From a virus (Duplodnaviria; Caudoviricetes): a stretch of DNA of 60,234 nucleotides. Location: positions 1-60,234 of the IMG/VR virus record IMGVR_UViG_3300045996_001815, one strand, 5' to 3'. The notes under the pieces were generated by a model. It saw only the letters and a program-made list of their open reading frames with translations. It did not search any database and was not told the origin of the DNA. The position numbers and the translations under genes were made by a program. Positions 18,620 to 27,722 of the stretch are shown here, piece by piece. Every line of letters starts with the position of its first letter. Positions within the stretch are counted from its first letter, which is position 1.

Positions 18620-18868
18620 TCACGCCGCGCTTCTGCGGGGCGGCTCGGAACCAACCATCACGATGGCGCTATCCTGTTCAACGCCGAATAGAGCCACCTC
18701 GCAGGCCGCGTACGCCTCCTGATTCAGAGCCAGCGACTTTTCCTTCTCTGCATCGGTTGGGTTTCCTCCAAGCGCCTCTCGCATCTTCCTGGCCCGCGCG
18801 AGAAGAACTCCGGCTTTACGAATCTCATCTCCCCAGAGCACCAAATCGACCTTGCCGATGGTTGGCAT
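18620..18868 (-). CDS. Hypothetical protein
   Basis: Plausible ORF in the early operon. Confidence 0.5.
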   Translation of the reverse strand: MPTIGKVDLVLWGDEIRKAGVLLARARKMREALGGNPTDAEKEKSLALNQEAYAACEVALFGVEQDSAIVMVGSEPPRRSAA

Positions 18869-18871
18869 GAG

Positions 18872-19102
18872 TTACTGCCTCATCGCCGGGCTGTTGGCCA
18901 ACTTGGTCAGCAGGTCGTCGACAGTGCTCTGCTGCGGCGCTGCCTCGGCCTTCGGCTGCCGGCGGTCCAGCAGATACTGCAGCACGCGGCGCTGCTCGGC
19001 GGTGTCCAGCGCCGATGCACGCAGCACGCTGTTGATCGCGTTGAGCGTGCTGGTCTCTCGATCGTCCGCTTCGATGCGAACGTAAAGCTTTGTGTCGGTC
19101 AT
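18872..19102 (-). CDS. Hypothetical protein
   Basis: GGAG RBS, helical ORF. Confidence 0.55.
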   Translation of the reverse strand: MTDTKLYVRIEADDRETSTLNAINSVLRASALDTAEQRRVLQYLLDRRQPKAEAAPQQSTVDDLLTKLANSPAMRQ

Positions 19103-19114
19103 GTGATCTCCAAG

Positions 19115-19441
19115 TTATAACAAAGATCGCCCTGTGTTTGCAGCTGTTGGAACAAAATAATCCAGTCCGTGCTCGTACATGTGACCGCGGCAGCACACGA
19201 GCGCATGCGTGAGGCTCGCGCCCTTGCCGATCGCCTCGCCATAGCCGAATCCTCGGGCCTGCGCGTCGTAGTACGACCACCACTCGCTGCACTCGAAGCG
19301 CACCCAGTAGCGGCCGCAGAGGCGTTCGAAGTACAGGGTCTCGCCTTCAATCGACTTCACCTCTCGCCAGTTCTTCGGCGGCTTCTGACTCTTGCTAGCA
19401 GAGACTGATGCGGTAGCTACTGGCACAACAGAGATTCTCAA
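19115..19441 (-). CDS. Hypothetical protein (start uncertain)
   Basis: Protein-like C-terminal part PPKNWREV...HGLDYF. Confidence 0.4.
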   Translation of the reverse strand: MRISVVPVATASVSASKSQKPPKNWREVKSIEGETLYFERLCGRYWVRFECSEWWSYYDAQARGFGYGEAIGKGASLTHALVCCRGHMYEHGLDYFVPTAANTGRSLL

Positions 19442-19444
19442 GGC

Positions 19445-19800
19445 AACGGCTGCTGAGGCGGTTGAGCAAGCAGCTCCCTTACGACAATTTTGTGCCGCAA
19501 TAGAGCCGCATGACGACATTCTCTGAGGTATCCGTATGCCTCGTCGTATATCGGCCGGCATTGCTTCGAACGCTGCCAGCTGGTCACCAATTCCAAGGGT
19601 TCGCCCTTGCCCGGCCGACGTGGCGACACTGCATGCACGGTGGTGTCTGCACTCCATCGGCAATGAAGCGATGGCAAATCACCAGACGCACATGCAGCCA
19701 TCTTCGTCTGTGGTTGGCCGCAACTTCGCTGTACCACTTTCTCACCCGATGCTGCCCCAACCGCGAAAATACTGACGTCCAAGGTATGCATCGGCTCGCA
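19445..19800 (-). ncRNA. Candidate structured RNA or ssDNA origin element
   Basis: No convincing ORF; many stems with G-U pairs in the minus sense. Confidence 0.4.
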
Positions 19801-19804
19801 CCGC

Positions 19805-20137
19805 TCAGTTCCAGGGTGGATCTGGGTTGTATCGATTCGCCTCGATCGCCGCCAATACCTCGGCGCGAGTCGAATTGCAGGCTCGATCAACAGGCATGTG
19901 AAACATGTCTATGGTTTCGGCTTCCGGGGCGCGGGACTCATATTTGCCTTCGCCATGCTGTTCCCTGACGGTCAAGCAGTTCACGCAAAACCTTCCGGGC
20001 GATGGCTGATCTACATGGCCTCGCAATGCGCGATTGGTTGTTTTCTCAAACTGACAGTAGGTGCTGTTCTCGCTGTTGGCGAGATGAATAATTGGCATCG
20101 GCTTGTTGCTGACGATGGTCACGTACGGCTTGAACAT
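19805..20137 (-). CDS. Hypothetical protein
   Basis: H...YC and CVNC; GGAGG RBS. Confidence 0.5.
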   Translation of the reverse strand: MFKPYVTIVSNKPMPIIHLANSENSTYCQFEKTTNRALRGHVDQPSPGRFCVNCLTVREQHGEGKYESRAPEAETIDMFHMPVDRACNSTRAEVLAAIEANRYNPDPPWN

Positions 20138-20994
20138 CGCAGCGCCTCCACGACCGCACGGATCCCGCGCGTCGCATGCAGATCGTTGAAGTCGGTCCCG
20201 ATCGTTTCTGGCATCACCCAGGCGAAGCCAGTGCGCTTCGCCGCTTCCTCGCCAGCCTTGGAGCCGGTGAGCTTGTTGGGATGGTCGTTGTCGGCGCACA
20301 CGATGGCGCCGCAGTCGCGCGGCAGCTTCGCCGCGACGCGTTCCAGGTTGTCGGCGCTGAAGCACACCAGGACGCAATGCGGGCCCGAAAGCATGCGCAA
20401 TGCTGACTCGACGCTCAGGCCCGTGGCGTAGCCCTCGCACAGCGCGATGCGGCGAGCCTTCGCGTGCGGCACGCCGAGGCGATGAACCGCGCACTTCGCG
20501 CGGCCGCCCTTCAGGAACAGCTTGCTGCCGCTTTCCTCGATGAGTTGCACGTTGACGATCTCGGGATAGCGATCGAAGTCCATCATCGGCACGAGGAGCT
20601 TGCCGTGCAGCGTGAGCCCCTGGAGCGATGGGAAGCCTTTCCGCGTTAGATACGGATGCTTCGATATCTCCGCGCCATCGATCATCTCGCGCGCTTTGAC
20701 GGCCACCGTGGCCTGCTTGGCACGCTCCTCTGCTGCGAACCGTCGTTCGCGCTCGAGCGCATCTGCCAGCGCCTTACGAGAGCGCTCATCGTCGATGTAC
20801 TGATCGTCCTTCCATACAGTCGACAGTCCGCTGGACCAGTCACCGAAGATTGCGAGCGTCGGGGTGATGACGCGGCACCAGCCGGACCGATTCGCACGCC
20901 CCTTGCCGACGCCAGGGAAGCGCAGCCAGCGGCCAGGCACGAGTCTGGCTGGTGGCGTCATGCCGGCGGCGGTGATGGCGTCGGCGAGCTTCAC
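20119..20994 (-). CDS. Toprim-domain primase
   Basis: FGDW, HPYL.RKG, CEGYATG, FSA.NL, ADND, TDFND. Confidence 0.88.
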   Translation of the reverse strand: MKLADAITAAGMTPPARLVPGRWLRFPGVGKGRANRSGWCRVITPTLAIFGDWSSGLSTVWKDDQYIDDERSRKALADALERERRFAAEERAKQATVAVKAREMIDGAEISKHPYLTRKGFPSLQGLTLHGKLLVPMMDFDRYPEIVNVQLIEESGSKLFLKGGRAKCAVHRLGVPHAKARRIALCEGYATGLSVESALRMLSGPHCVLVCFSADNLERVAAKLPRDCGAIVCADNDHPNKLTGSKAGEEAAKRTGFAWVMPETIGTDFNDLHATRGIRAVVEALRCSSRT

Positions 20995-21221
20995 TTGCGC
21001 TTCCTGGCTCGCTCCAGCTTGCGATGGATGCGGCACTCGCGGACGTATTCCTTCCAGTCTGGATTGTGCTTCAGCTGCTCCCATTCCAGTTCGAAAGAAT
21101 ATTCTTCAAGTTCTGCATAGGAATTGAATCCCATGCTGCGGGCCTCTCTGTCTGCCCACGCGGCATCGCGTTTTGAAATCCAGTCATCCATGAAAACTAC
21201 ATTGCCATCGGCGGACTTCAC
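20991..21221 (-). CDS. Hypothetical protein
   Basis: GTGA-coupled to helicase and primase. Confidence 0.5.
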   Translation of the reverse strand: MKSADGNVVFMDDWISKRDAAWADREARSMGFNSYAELEEYSFELEWEQLKHNPDWKEYVRECRIHRKLERARKRK

Positions 21222-22756
21222 GCTGGCTCTCCTTGCTTCTTCTTCGCGTGGTGCCATGCGATATCAAGGCTCTTGATCTTGTTCCTCGTATTTCTCGTGA
21301 CCGGCGCCGGCTCGGTCTCGTAGAAGTTCCAATCTCGCGGCGGCCACTTCCCGAGAATGTTGCGATACATCGCTCTTGCGCGTGCCTCCTGCTTTTCAGG
21401 ACGAGTATGGGTCAGGGCATGACCGACGATCTGCCGCCAGAGGTCGTGCTCATTCGATGCCAGTACCTTCTTGTTTCGTCCCTCTCCGATGCAGATCTCA
21501 CGCATGACGCCTTTGGTTGTGTCCTCGAGCACCTGAGTCGGTTTCTCGAATCCGCATTTCAGGCAGCGGCTGCTAAATGGCTTGTGTCCACATTGAGGGC
21601 AGCCCTTCGGCTCGTAGTCGTCCTGGTCGCGCGGGGTAGCATCAAGCTTCTCGGAGTCGTTCAGTGTTCGAAAGCCGTTGTAGTAAACGTCTTCGAACGA
21701 TTCCAGGAAGCGCACGATATTGCGAGTGAAGTCGAGCAAGAGGCAGTCTTCCTTGCCCGGCGATGAGCGCAGGCCGCGGCCCCACATCTGTATTGCAGTT
21801 GAAAGCGACTTCCGGAGCGGGCGTGCATCGATTACGCACCCAACATCGGGAACGTCGAATCCCTTGGCCAGTTTCTCAACGGACACGAGCACGCGAATCT
21901 CGGAGTCTGGCTTTCGAAACTCCGTCAGAAGCTCCCGGCACTCGTCATCGCTGGTTTTGGACGTGTAGGCAGCCGCGTAGACGCCGGCCTCGTTAAACCG
22001 CTGTACAAGTAGATTGCAGTAAGCGATGTCGGCGCCGAACGCGATCGTCTTTCGATTACCAGCATGGGCGATCCATTCGCCGACCACATCCCCGACAATC
22101 TTCGCTTCTCGATCCGATGCCGCCTTGCTGGTCCACTCACCGCCTGGTGCTGTCTCTGCGCCTTTCATGTCCGGAGCGGTGCACGAAAGGATGCGCATCG
22201 GGACCAGCACGCCGGCCTCGGTGAGCTCGTGCATCGTCGCAGCGTTGACGATGTTGGTGAAGTACTTTCCGAGTCCCTTGGTGCATGGGGTCGCCGTCAG
22301 TCCAATGACCGGCACGCGCTTCGCCTGAAGCAATTTCTTGTGAGCAGCATGCAGGTTGTGAGCCTCATCGATGATCACAAGATCGGATTCCGGCCAGTAT
22401 CCACGCGCCTGAATGGTCTGGATGCTGGCGATCTGTAACGGCAGCGAGTTGTCGCGGCGCCAGTGGTCGGCCTGCACAATGCCGTGATTCTGCATGCCGT
22501 ACTTGTCGGCGTTCTCGCTCGCTTGATTGATCAGCGTGATGCGGTCACACACGAAGGTCGCGCGGCGAAGCTTCTTCAGCGACTCCGCAATGAGCATGAG
22601 CGAAGCTATCGTTTTTCCCCCTCCGGTTGGAAGCACGAGCAGCTGGTTTTTGTGGCCAGCGCGCAGCCCTTCGCGGAGCTTGTCGATCGCCACCACCTGG
22701 CAAGCACGCGGCGGAGGAAAGCAGTAGGTGTTCGGTGATGGGAATAGGTCGCTCAT
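21218..22756 (-). CDS. SF2 DEAH helicase with Zn ribbon
   Basis: PTGGGKT, DEAH, TATP, GFDVP, QMWGRGLR, CPQC/CLKC. Confidence 0.93.
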   Translation of the reverse strand: MSDLFPSPNTYCFPPPRACQVVAIDKLREGLRAGHKNQLLVLPTGGGKTIASLMLIAESLKKLRRATFVCDRITLINQASENADKYGMQNHGIVQADHWRRDNSLPLQIASIQTIQARGYWPESDLVIIDEAHNLHAAHKKLLQAKRVPVIGLTATPCTKGLGKYFTNIVNAATMHELTEAGVLVPMRILSCTAPDMKGAETAPGGEWTSKAASDREAKIVGDVVGEWIAHAGNRKTIAFGADIAYCNLLVQRFNEAGVYAAAYTSKTSDDECRELLTEFRKPDSEIRVLVSVEKLAKGFDVPDVGCVIDARPLRKSLSTAIQMWGRGLRSSPGKEDCLLLDFTRNIVRFLESFEDVYYNGFRTLNDSEKLDATPRDQDDYEPKGCPQCGHKPFSSRCLKCGFEKPTQVLEDTTKGVMREICIGEGRNKKVLASNEHDLWRQIVGHALTHTRPEKQEARARAMYRNILGKWPPRDWNFYETEPAPVTRNTRNKIKSLDIAWHHAKKKQGEPA

Positions 22757-23613
22757 GCGGCAGATTCCATGATTGCAACACGCTCCTGCAGCCGCTCGTT
22801 CTCTTGCTTCAGCTTTGCCAGTTCGCGATTCAGTCGCTCGATGTCTCTGTCGCGGGCCTTCACGGTGCGCACCGCTACGCCTGATTCAGACATGTAGTGG
22901 TCGCGCGATGACTTGACGGCCGCCAGCTCTCGATGGACTTGCTTCAGTTGCTCAGTCAGCGCCGCCAGCTTGTCGTCGGCCATCAGCACGTTTTCGATAT
23001 TCTGCTTGAACGTCTCGTCATTCTCGGGCTCGTAGCCTTCGAAATCGAAGTCAGGGGCTGGAGTGATCTGGATGGGCTGTGGAGCGGGGGGTTGGGTGGC
23101 CGCCTTGAGTTGCTCTGCCTTTGGCAAATCCACTACTGAGGCGGCTCGCTTTAGTGGAACGTCTCCTTTCTCAACGGCGCTCTGAAGAGCCTTGCTGCCT
23201 TTTTCGATGACTTGCTTTGCGCGCTGAACGGAACTGCGCGAAACGTCCATCTGCTCGGCGGCTTTCGACTGGGAGGGTGCGTCCCGGGACGCACCCTCGG
23301 CATGCTGATTCGAGCCCAATTTCAGCGTCGCAATCCTGGCTGCGGCCATCGCTCGTTGCGCCTCGCTCAAGTGGCGACGTGAAACGTTCAGAGAAACGAT
23401 GAATGAAAGCGGATCCTTACCTTTGAACTCTCGATACTCCGGCTTGACCTTGGCTTTCTTGCAGGCCAAGAAGCGATTGCGTCCGTCGAGAATCTTGCCT
23501 TCGTAGGTCCATATCTTCTCGCGCAGTCCGTGCTCTTTTATGTCCTCGACAAGCTCCTCGAATTGATCGCCTGCGATGATTGGGAACACTTCGGAATACG
23601 GATGGAAGTTCAT
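22753..23613 (-). CDS. ParB-like N-terminal domain protein with HTH
   Basis: L.EDI..HG, ILDGRNR, N..RRHL...QRA, SQ..AA...VSRSSV.RAK. Confidence 0.82.
   Translation of the reverse strand: MNFHPYSEVFPIIAGDQFEELVEDIKEHGLREKIWTYEGKILDGRNRFLACKKAKVKPEYREFKGKDPLSFIVSLNVSRRHLSEAQRAMAAARIATLKLGSNQHAEGASRDAPSQSKAAEQMDVSRSSVQRAKQVIEKGSKALQSAVEKGDVPLKRAASVVDLPKAEQLKAATQPPAPQPIQITPAPDFDFEGYEPENDETFKQNIENVLMADDKLAALTEQLKQVHRELAAVKSSRDHYMSESGVAVRTVKARDRDIERLNRELAKLKQENERLQERVAIMESAA
23273..23298. repeat. Perfect 26-bp palindrome inside the ParB-like gene
   Basis: GAGGGTGCGTCCCGGGACGCACCCTC equals its own reverse complement. Confidence 0.9.
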
Positions 23614-23858
23614 GCTGTTCTCACTTTTCGAAGTCCGCGATCCCGCTCCATGCGCATCACCTGCACCGCCGTCCTCTGCGCATGCAGCCGCCTGAGCCGG
23701 TCGAATATCTCGCGCTGCTCCTGGTCCGTGGTGGCCAGTGAAAGGTCGACGCAGGTCACGTTGATCGCGCTCTCGAGCGTGGCTTCGGCGAGGGTTTGCG
23801 GGGGCAGGTCTTGGAGCTCCTGCGCCAGGGTCACTGCGTCTTGCAGGTCGGCGCTCAT
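23610..23858 (-). CDS. Hypothetical protein
   Basis: GAGG RBS, ATGA overlap. Confidence 0.55.
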   Translation of the reverse strand: MSADLQDAVTLAQELQDLPPQTLAEATLESAINVTCVDLSLATTDQEQREIFDRLRRLHAQRTAVQVMRMERDRGLRKVRTA

Positions 23859-23982
23859 CGGTAGTCCTCATCGTCCAGCCCGATGAACACGATCGCAGCG
23901 CCGATAGCGCACAACTCGGAGTCGAAGTAGTAGGCCATCACGGCGAGCGCGAGTATCGCGGCCCATTTGATGTACGCGGGCT

Positions 23983-24249
23983 TCACAGCTTCGGCACTCC
24001 CAGCTTGTAAGCGAGCTCACGGCAACGCTCAGGCGATAGCCCTGCCTTGGTCTTCGAAGCCGTCAATAGCGCGCTCTCGACCTCGACGCGGCGGTTCAGA
24101 TCGGGCCCGCTGTTGCGCCACATGCGCCAGCGCACGCGGAGTCTGTAGAGCCACCAGGGCGTAAGGTTCTCAACAGCGCGCTTCATTCGCTCGATCGTGC
24201 CGCAGTCGGCCAGATTCTTCTGGATGTTTTCGGTTCCAGGATTTTTCAC
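23983..24249 (-). CDS. Hypothetical protein
   Basis: GTGA-coupled ORF. Confidence 0.45.
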   Translation of the reverse strand: MKNPGTENIQKNLADCGTIERMKRAVENLTPWWLYRLRVRWRMWRNSGPDLNRRVEVESALLTASKTKAGLSPERCRELAYKLGVPKL

Positions 24250-24515
24250 AGCAGTCCCTGCCTTTGAGCCCACGCGCCGAGCTGACCATGCGTGCGGCAC
24301 TCGCTCAGATCCATCAGCGAAGCGCTGGCCCGCCGAACCTTGTCCAGACCGATGAATAGCTCGGCCGCGATCTGCTTGTGCTGCATTCCCTCGGCGCACA
24401 TGAGGCGCAGCACGGAGCGCTGCTCATCATCCAGGCGTATTGGTCGGCCGCTCAGGCTGCGTGCCTGGCGCGGCGTGTGGAGCTTGGCAAGGATGGCTTC
24501 GAGAGTGACGCTCAT
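24246..24515 (-). CDS. LuxR/GerE-type HTH protein
   Basis: LDDEQRSVLRLMCAEGMQHKQIAAEL. Confidence 0.7.
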   Translation of the reverse strand: MSVTLEAILAKLHTPRQARSLSGRPIRLDDEQRSVLRLMCAEGMQHKQIAAELFIGLDKVRRASASLMDLSECRTHGQLGAWAQRQGLL

Positions 24516-24748
24516 GCCCGCACCACTTCGCAGCGCAGGCCATCACAGGTGGCATCGCCGCAGTTGCAGGCGTCTGGATTCAGAGCCCGCTTCGCCTTAC
24601 TCGGCGTTGGCATCGACTTGCCGCCTGCCCGAAGCCTTGCGTACCGGGCGCGCTGAACGATGCGCTTGCACTCGATGCAGTAGGCGCAGTTGTGCGCCTC
24701 AGCGACGTGGCAGCGCGAGCAGATGCGAAGGCTCTTGGCTGTGCTCAC
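24512..24748 (-). CDS. Small Cys-rich protein
   Basis: CSRC, CIEC, CNCG..C. Confidence 0.55.
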   Translation of the reverse strand: MSTAKSLRICSRCHVAEAHNCAYCIECKRIVQRARYARLRAGGKSMPTPSKAKRALNPDACNCGDATCDGLRCEVVRA

Positions 24749-24993
24749 GCCCCACCCCGCTCGATGGAGTCCAACAGGGATTGCTGCCGATGCGCCTCGA
24801 TGGCCTGCGTCAGCCAGTCCCGAAGTGCCACGATGCTGGGCAGGTCATCGATGTAAACAGAGTCGATGCCGTCGAAGATTGTGATCACGCCGTAGCGCTT
24901 CAGGCGGGCCACCAGCATGTCTTCGCGCTCCATTTGGCGCTTCAGGGGCGCCACCGATTGCGCAGGCCTGCGGATCTCGGCGGCTGCGCTCAT
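24745..24993 (-). CDS. Hypothetical protein
   Basis: GGAGG RBS, coupled ORF. Confidence 0.55.
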   Translation of the reverse strand: MSAAAEIRRPAQSVAPLKRQMEREDMLVARLKRYGVITIFDGIDSVYIDDLPSIVALRDWLTQAIEAHRQQSLLDSIERGGA

Positions 24994-25202
24994 GCAATGC
25001 ACCTCCCGATGTGGCCGCCGCGCTCGGTGACGTGCACGCCATTGAGCAGCCTGTGCCCCGCGTAGCAATGCGGGCATGGCTCTTTCAGATCGGCGCCGCA
25101 CTCTTTGAGGAACCCGCGGCACTCCGAGCAAAGCGGTACCAGCCATGGCTGAATCACGTGACCGCAGCCCGCGCACACGATCTTTGGAAAGGCTGCTCTC
25201 AT
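24990..25202 (-). CDS. Small Cys-rich protein
   Basis: CAGC, CSEC, CPHC. Confidence 0.5.
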   Translation of the reverse strand: MRAAFPKIVCAGCGHVIQPWLVPLCSECRGFLKECGADLKEPCPHCYAGHRLLNGVHVTERGGHIGRCIA

Positions 25203-25336
25203 TGGAAGAACCCCGCCGGCTCCGATGAGAAAGCCGAAGCACGCGAACAGGCTGCCCGTCTAAGGGGGTGACGAGGGCGTGCGCATCTCAGCGTCGATAT
25301 GCGCGCCTTTGGTGCTTCAGAGCGGGGTGAAAGGGG

Positions 25337-25556
25337 TTCGAGAGTGCTGGTCGCTACTCCAGCCTGGCGAGCCTCGGTCGAGACGAAGCACATGGCGCTA
25401 CCGGCGTTTTCGCGCGGGCCAACTTCAGCCGGTTGCAGGCGCCTGTTAGCCCGTGTCACGTTGGGCCAGGACATCCTCCACTGCGTGCCAATAGCAATGG
25501 ACGCGCCATAGTCTCTATGAATGGCCGCGGGTCTGCTTCCCCCGCCGACTCTCGAA
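25337..25556 (-). ncRNA. tRNA-shaped structured ncRNA candidate
   Basis: 9-bp closing stem, D-like and T-like hairpins at tRNA positions, large nested middle domain. Confidence 0.55.
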
Positions 25557-25662
25557 TTCTGTTTGCTGAGCCCGCAGGGCGCGGAACGCCGCAGCCCTGT
25601 GCCCAGCTGGTGTTCGGGGCGTATAGACCGGGATCCGCGCCCCGGCTGCAGCCCCTGATGAT

Positions 25663-25875
25663 TCAGCGCGGATTCGCCAGCACGTAGCGCTGCAGGTCCG
25701 CGTACAGAGGATGGTCGGCCAAGTCGATGCGCGCCGTGTCCATCGCGTCCATCACGTCGTGCTCGATCGTCACCTTCACCGTGCGGATGTAGCCGGCAGC
25801 GTTCTTGGTGTCGAACGAGATGTGGAAGGTGTTCGTCGGCGGAAGACCGTCGGAGCGTTGAGCCATGGCCGTCAT
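25663..25875 (-). CDS. Hypothetical protein
   Basis: Codon usage typical of this genome. Confidence 0.5.
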   Translation of the reverse strand: MTAMAQRSDGLPPTNTFHISFDTKNAAGYIRTVKVTIEHDVMDAMDTARIDLADHPLYADLQRYVLANPR

Positions 25876-26007
25876 CCTGTGGGAAGTTGCGCAACCGCGG
25901 AGCATTGTTGGAACTCGCGCGTTGCACCCGGCGTGACAGCGAGATGCATGCCCGCGAGATTTGCGAGGTCAAAAGAACCACGATCCGTGGTGGTGTGGCT
26001 GTCAGCG

Positions 26008-26241
26008 TCATGGCAGCACCTGGGTATTTCCGTAGGTGCGCTCATACCAGCGCCCAAAATTCACCAGCCCGCGTACGCCGATCTTCTCGAACATTGAAGC
26101 TGCGTGGATGTCGACAGTGCGCTTCGAGCAGCCGAGCTTTGTGGCGATCTGCTTGTAGACCAGTCCTGAGCCGAGCAGGTGCATCACCTCGGTCTCTCGG
26201 GGTGTAAGCGCGCAGTCGGCGGATTTGAGGACGGCGCTCAT
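26008..26241 (-). CDS. Solo LuxR/GerE-type HTH protein
   Basis: LTPRETEV...G...KQIA.KLG.S.RTV..H....FEK.G. Confidence 0.88.
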   Translation of the reverse strand: MSAVLKSADCALTPRETEVMHLLGSGLVYKQIATKLGCSKRTVDIHAASMFEKIGVRGLVNFGRWYERTYGNTQVLP

Positions 26242-26525
26242 GGCTGCTCACCCTTTGATTGGGCCGCGCGGTACTTCGCGATGGCGGCGCGCTTCTCATC
26301 CAGTCCAACGAATCGAAACGGCGGATCGTCGATGAAACAATCCCGGGGCAGTTGCGTGCGCTCGATGTGCTCGAGGTCAATGCAGCCCCAGATCAAAATC
26401 CCGAGGTACCCCGCGAATGCGAACAGCCAGATGATCATCGCGGGCAATGAGTGCACCGCGAGCGGCAGCGTGCCAGCGATCGCCCATGTCGCCGCGATGG
26501 CGCGGAGGTGGGTCCGGAGGATCAT
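26238..26525 (-). CDS. Two-TM membrane protein
   Basis: Two hydrophobic segments, ATGA overlap. Confidence 0.55.
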   Translation of the reverse strand: MILRTHLRAIAATWAIAGTLPLAVHSLPAMIIWLFAFAGYLGILIWGCIDLEHIERTQLPRDCFIDDPPFRFVGLDEKRAAIAKYRAAQSKGEQP

Positions 26526-27071
26526 GCCGGCACCTTCGTTGGATTGAAGTGCGGCACGTCGGACCAGCTGACGACCTGCAGGTCGTCGCGCGGCGGGCGT
26601 TTCTTCTCTAGATTGGTCGGCCTCGGCCGGTAGCCGTTGTGCACTGGGCCGGCGCTCAGCGCCCGCGCACCGTGTGTCCATTGGGTGACACACCGTGTAA
26701 GGGAAAACCCGAATTGGCATGCAACCCTGGCAAGAATCCCGACGTCAGAAGCGATCACAGGTACGTGAAAGTACCGACGACGCATCCGTTTGATGGGCGT
26801 CGGAAAACAACGACAACCCTCAGCAGAACCATGCCACTTCCTACAAGAACATTTCGGATATTCACGATGCAGCCGCGGCCGCAGGGTAGTGGCGTTCCGC
26901 AGTGCTGCGCGGCACTCTCGGTGTGCGGCTCGTATAACAACAGCGGGCCGCGAAGGGATGCCACGGCGCAGGGAGGTGCTTTGCGAAGTGGAGGAGCCCG
27001 GTATGGATCTCAGGAGATTCCGCGGATTCCCGCGACTGGCAACGAGCAACGGCACGCGGGTATCCATGAAA

Positions 27072-27326
27072 TCAGGCGTTGGCGCCGGCAGGCGCTTGCG
27101 GCCGCACGGTAGGGCCTGCATGAACCCGCATCAGGTCGTCGGCCGTAAGAGCCTTGCCCCTAGCACGAGCAGCGTCGCAGATGGACTGCCAGTACTCAGG
27201 CGGGATGAGCCTGCGCTTCTTCCACTTGATGACCTTCCACTGGGATTGGCCGATGTCGCCGGCCAACTCAACCAGGGTCTTCCACAGGTCAAACACGTCG
27301 TCGATGTCGGTGATGGGACTATCCAT
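27072..27326 (-). CDS. Cro-like HTH protein
   Basis: LA.DIG.....V..WK.R..IP.EYW; divergent from cI. Confidence 0.8.
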   Translation of the reverse strand: MDSPITDIDDVFDLWKTLVELAGDIGQSQWKVIKWKKRRLIPPEYWQSICDAARARGKALTADDLMRVHAGPTVRPQAPAGANA

Positions 27327-27416
27327 CCCGGCGTTATATCTCGGGACTATTCGTCCCGTCAACGTCGGTCTACGCATCCCGTGCGTGAGCGGTCATCCGC
27401 TGGGACACTTAGTCCC
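27315..27416. promoter_or_regulatory. OR-like operators and PR-like promoter
   Basis: GGGAC-N5-GTCCC at 27343-27357 and 27402-27416, degenerate copy at 27315-27329; minus-strand TTGACG-N18-TATAAC ends 6 nt before the cro ATG. Confidence 0.8.
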
Positions 27417-27722
27417 ATGGGTAGAGGCGTCACACCACAGTCATTCGTGCAGATCTTTTGCGGGCGTGTGAAGACGCTCGTGAAGGAATCAGGAATGTCG
27501 AATGCGGAGGTTGCCGCAGCGCTTGGGGTCGAGGTCGATACGATGCGTCGCTATCAGAACCGGCTGCTCATGCCGCATCACATGGTCCATCGGTTCTGCG
27601 AGCTCATGGGCGTCAAGACAGACTTTCTGTTCCGCGAGCCTACGGTTCGGCTTGAAGCCGAAGTTCTGCCGCGGCAGCAGAAAGAGATCCCGCGGCTCAC
27701 AAGCAGAAAGGTCCGCGCATAG
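27417..27722 (+). CDS. CI-like XRE repressor lacking a peptidase S24 domain
   Basis: GMSNAEVAAALGV...RRY...FCELMGV.TDFL; 101 aa. Confidence 0.8.
   Translation: MGRGVTPQSFVQIFCGRVKTLVKESGMSNAEVAAALGVEVDTMRRYQNRLLMPHHMVHRFCELMGVKTDFLFREPTVRLEAEVLPRQQKEIPRLTSRKVRA

Noticed and set aside
25337-25556. Canonical tRNA or tmRNA
   Set aside because: No TTCRA T-loop, no anticodon loop, no CCA end and no alanine identity elements
25199-26011. 270-aa minus-strand ORF with ATGA overlaps at both ends
   Set aside because: Its middle is an off-frame shadow of gene 25663..25875 and the rest crosses the structured RNA; composition is not protein-like, though it is not fully excluded
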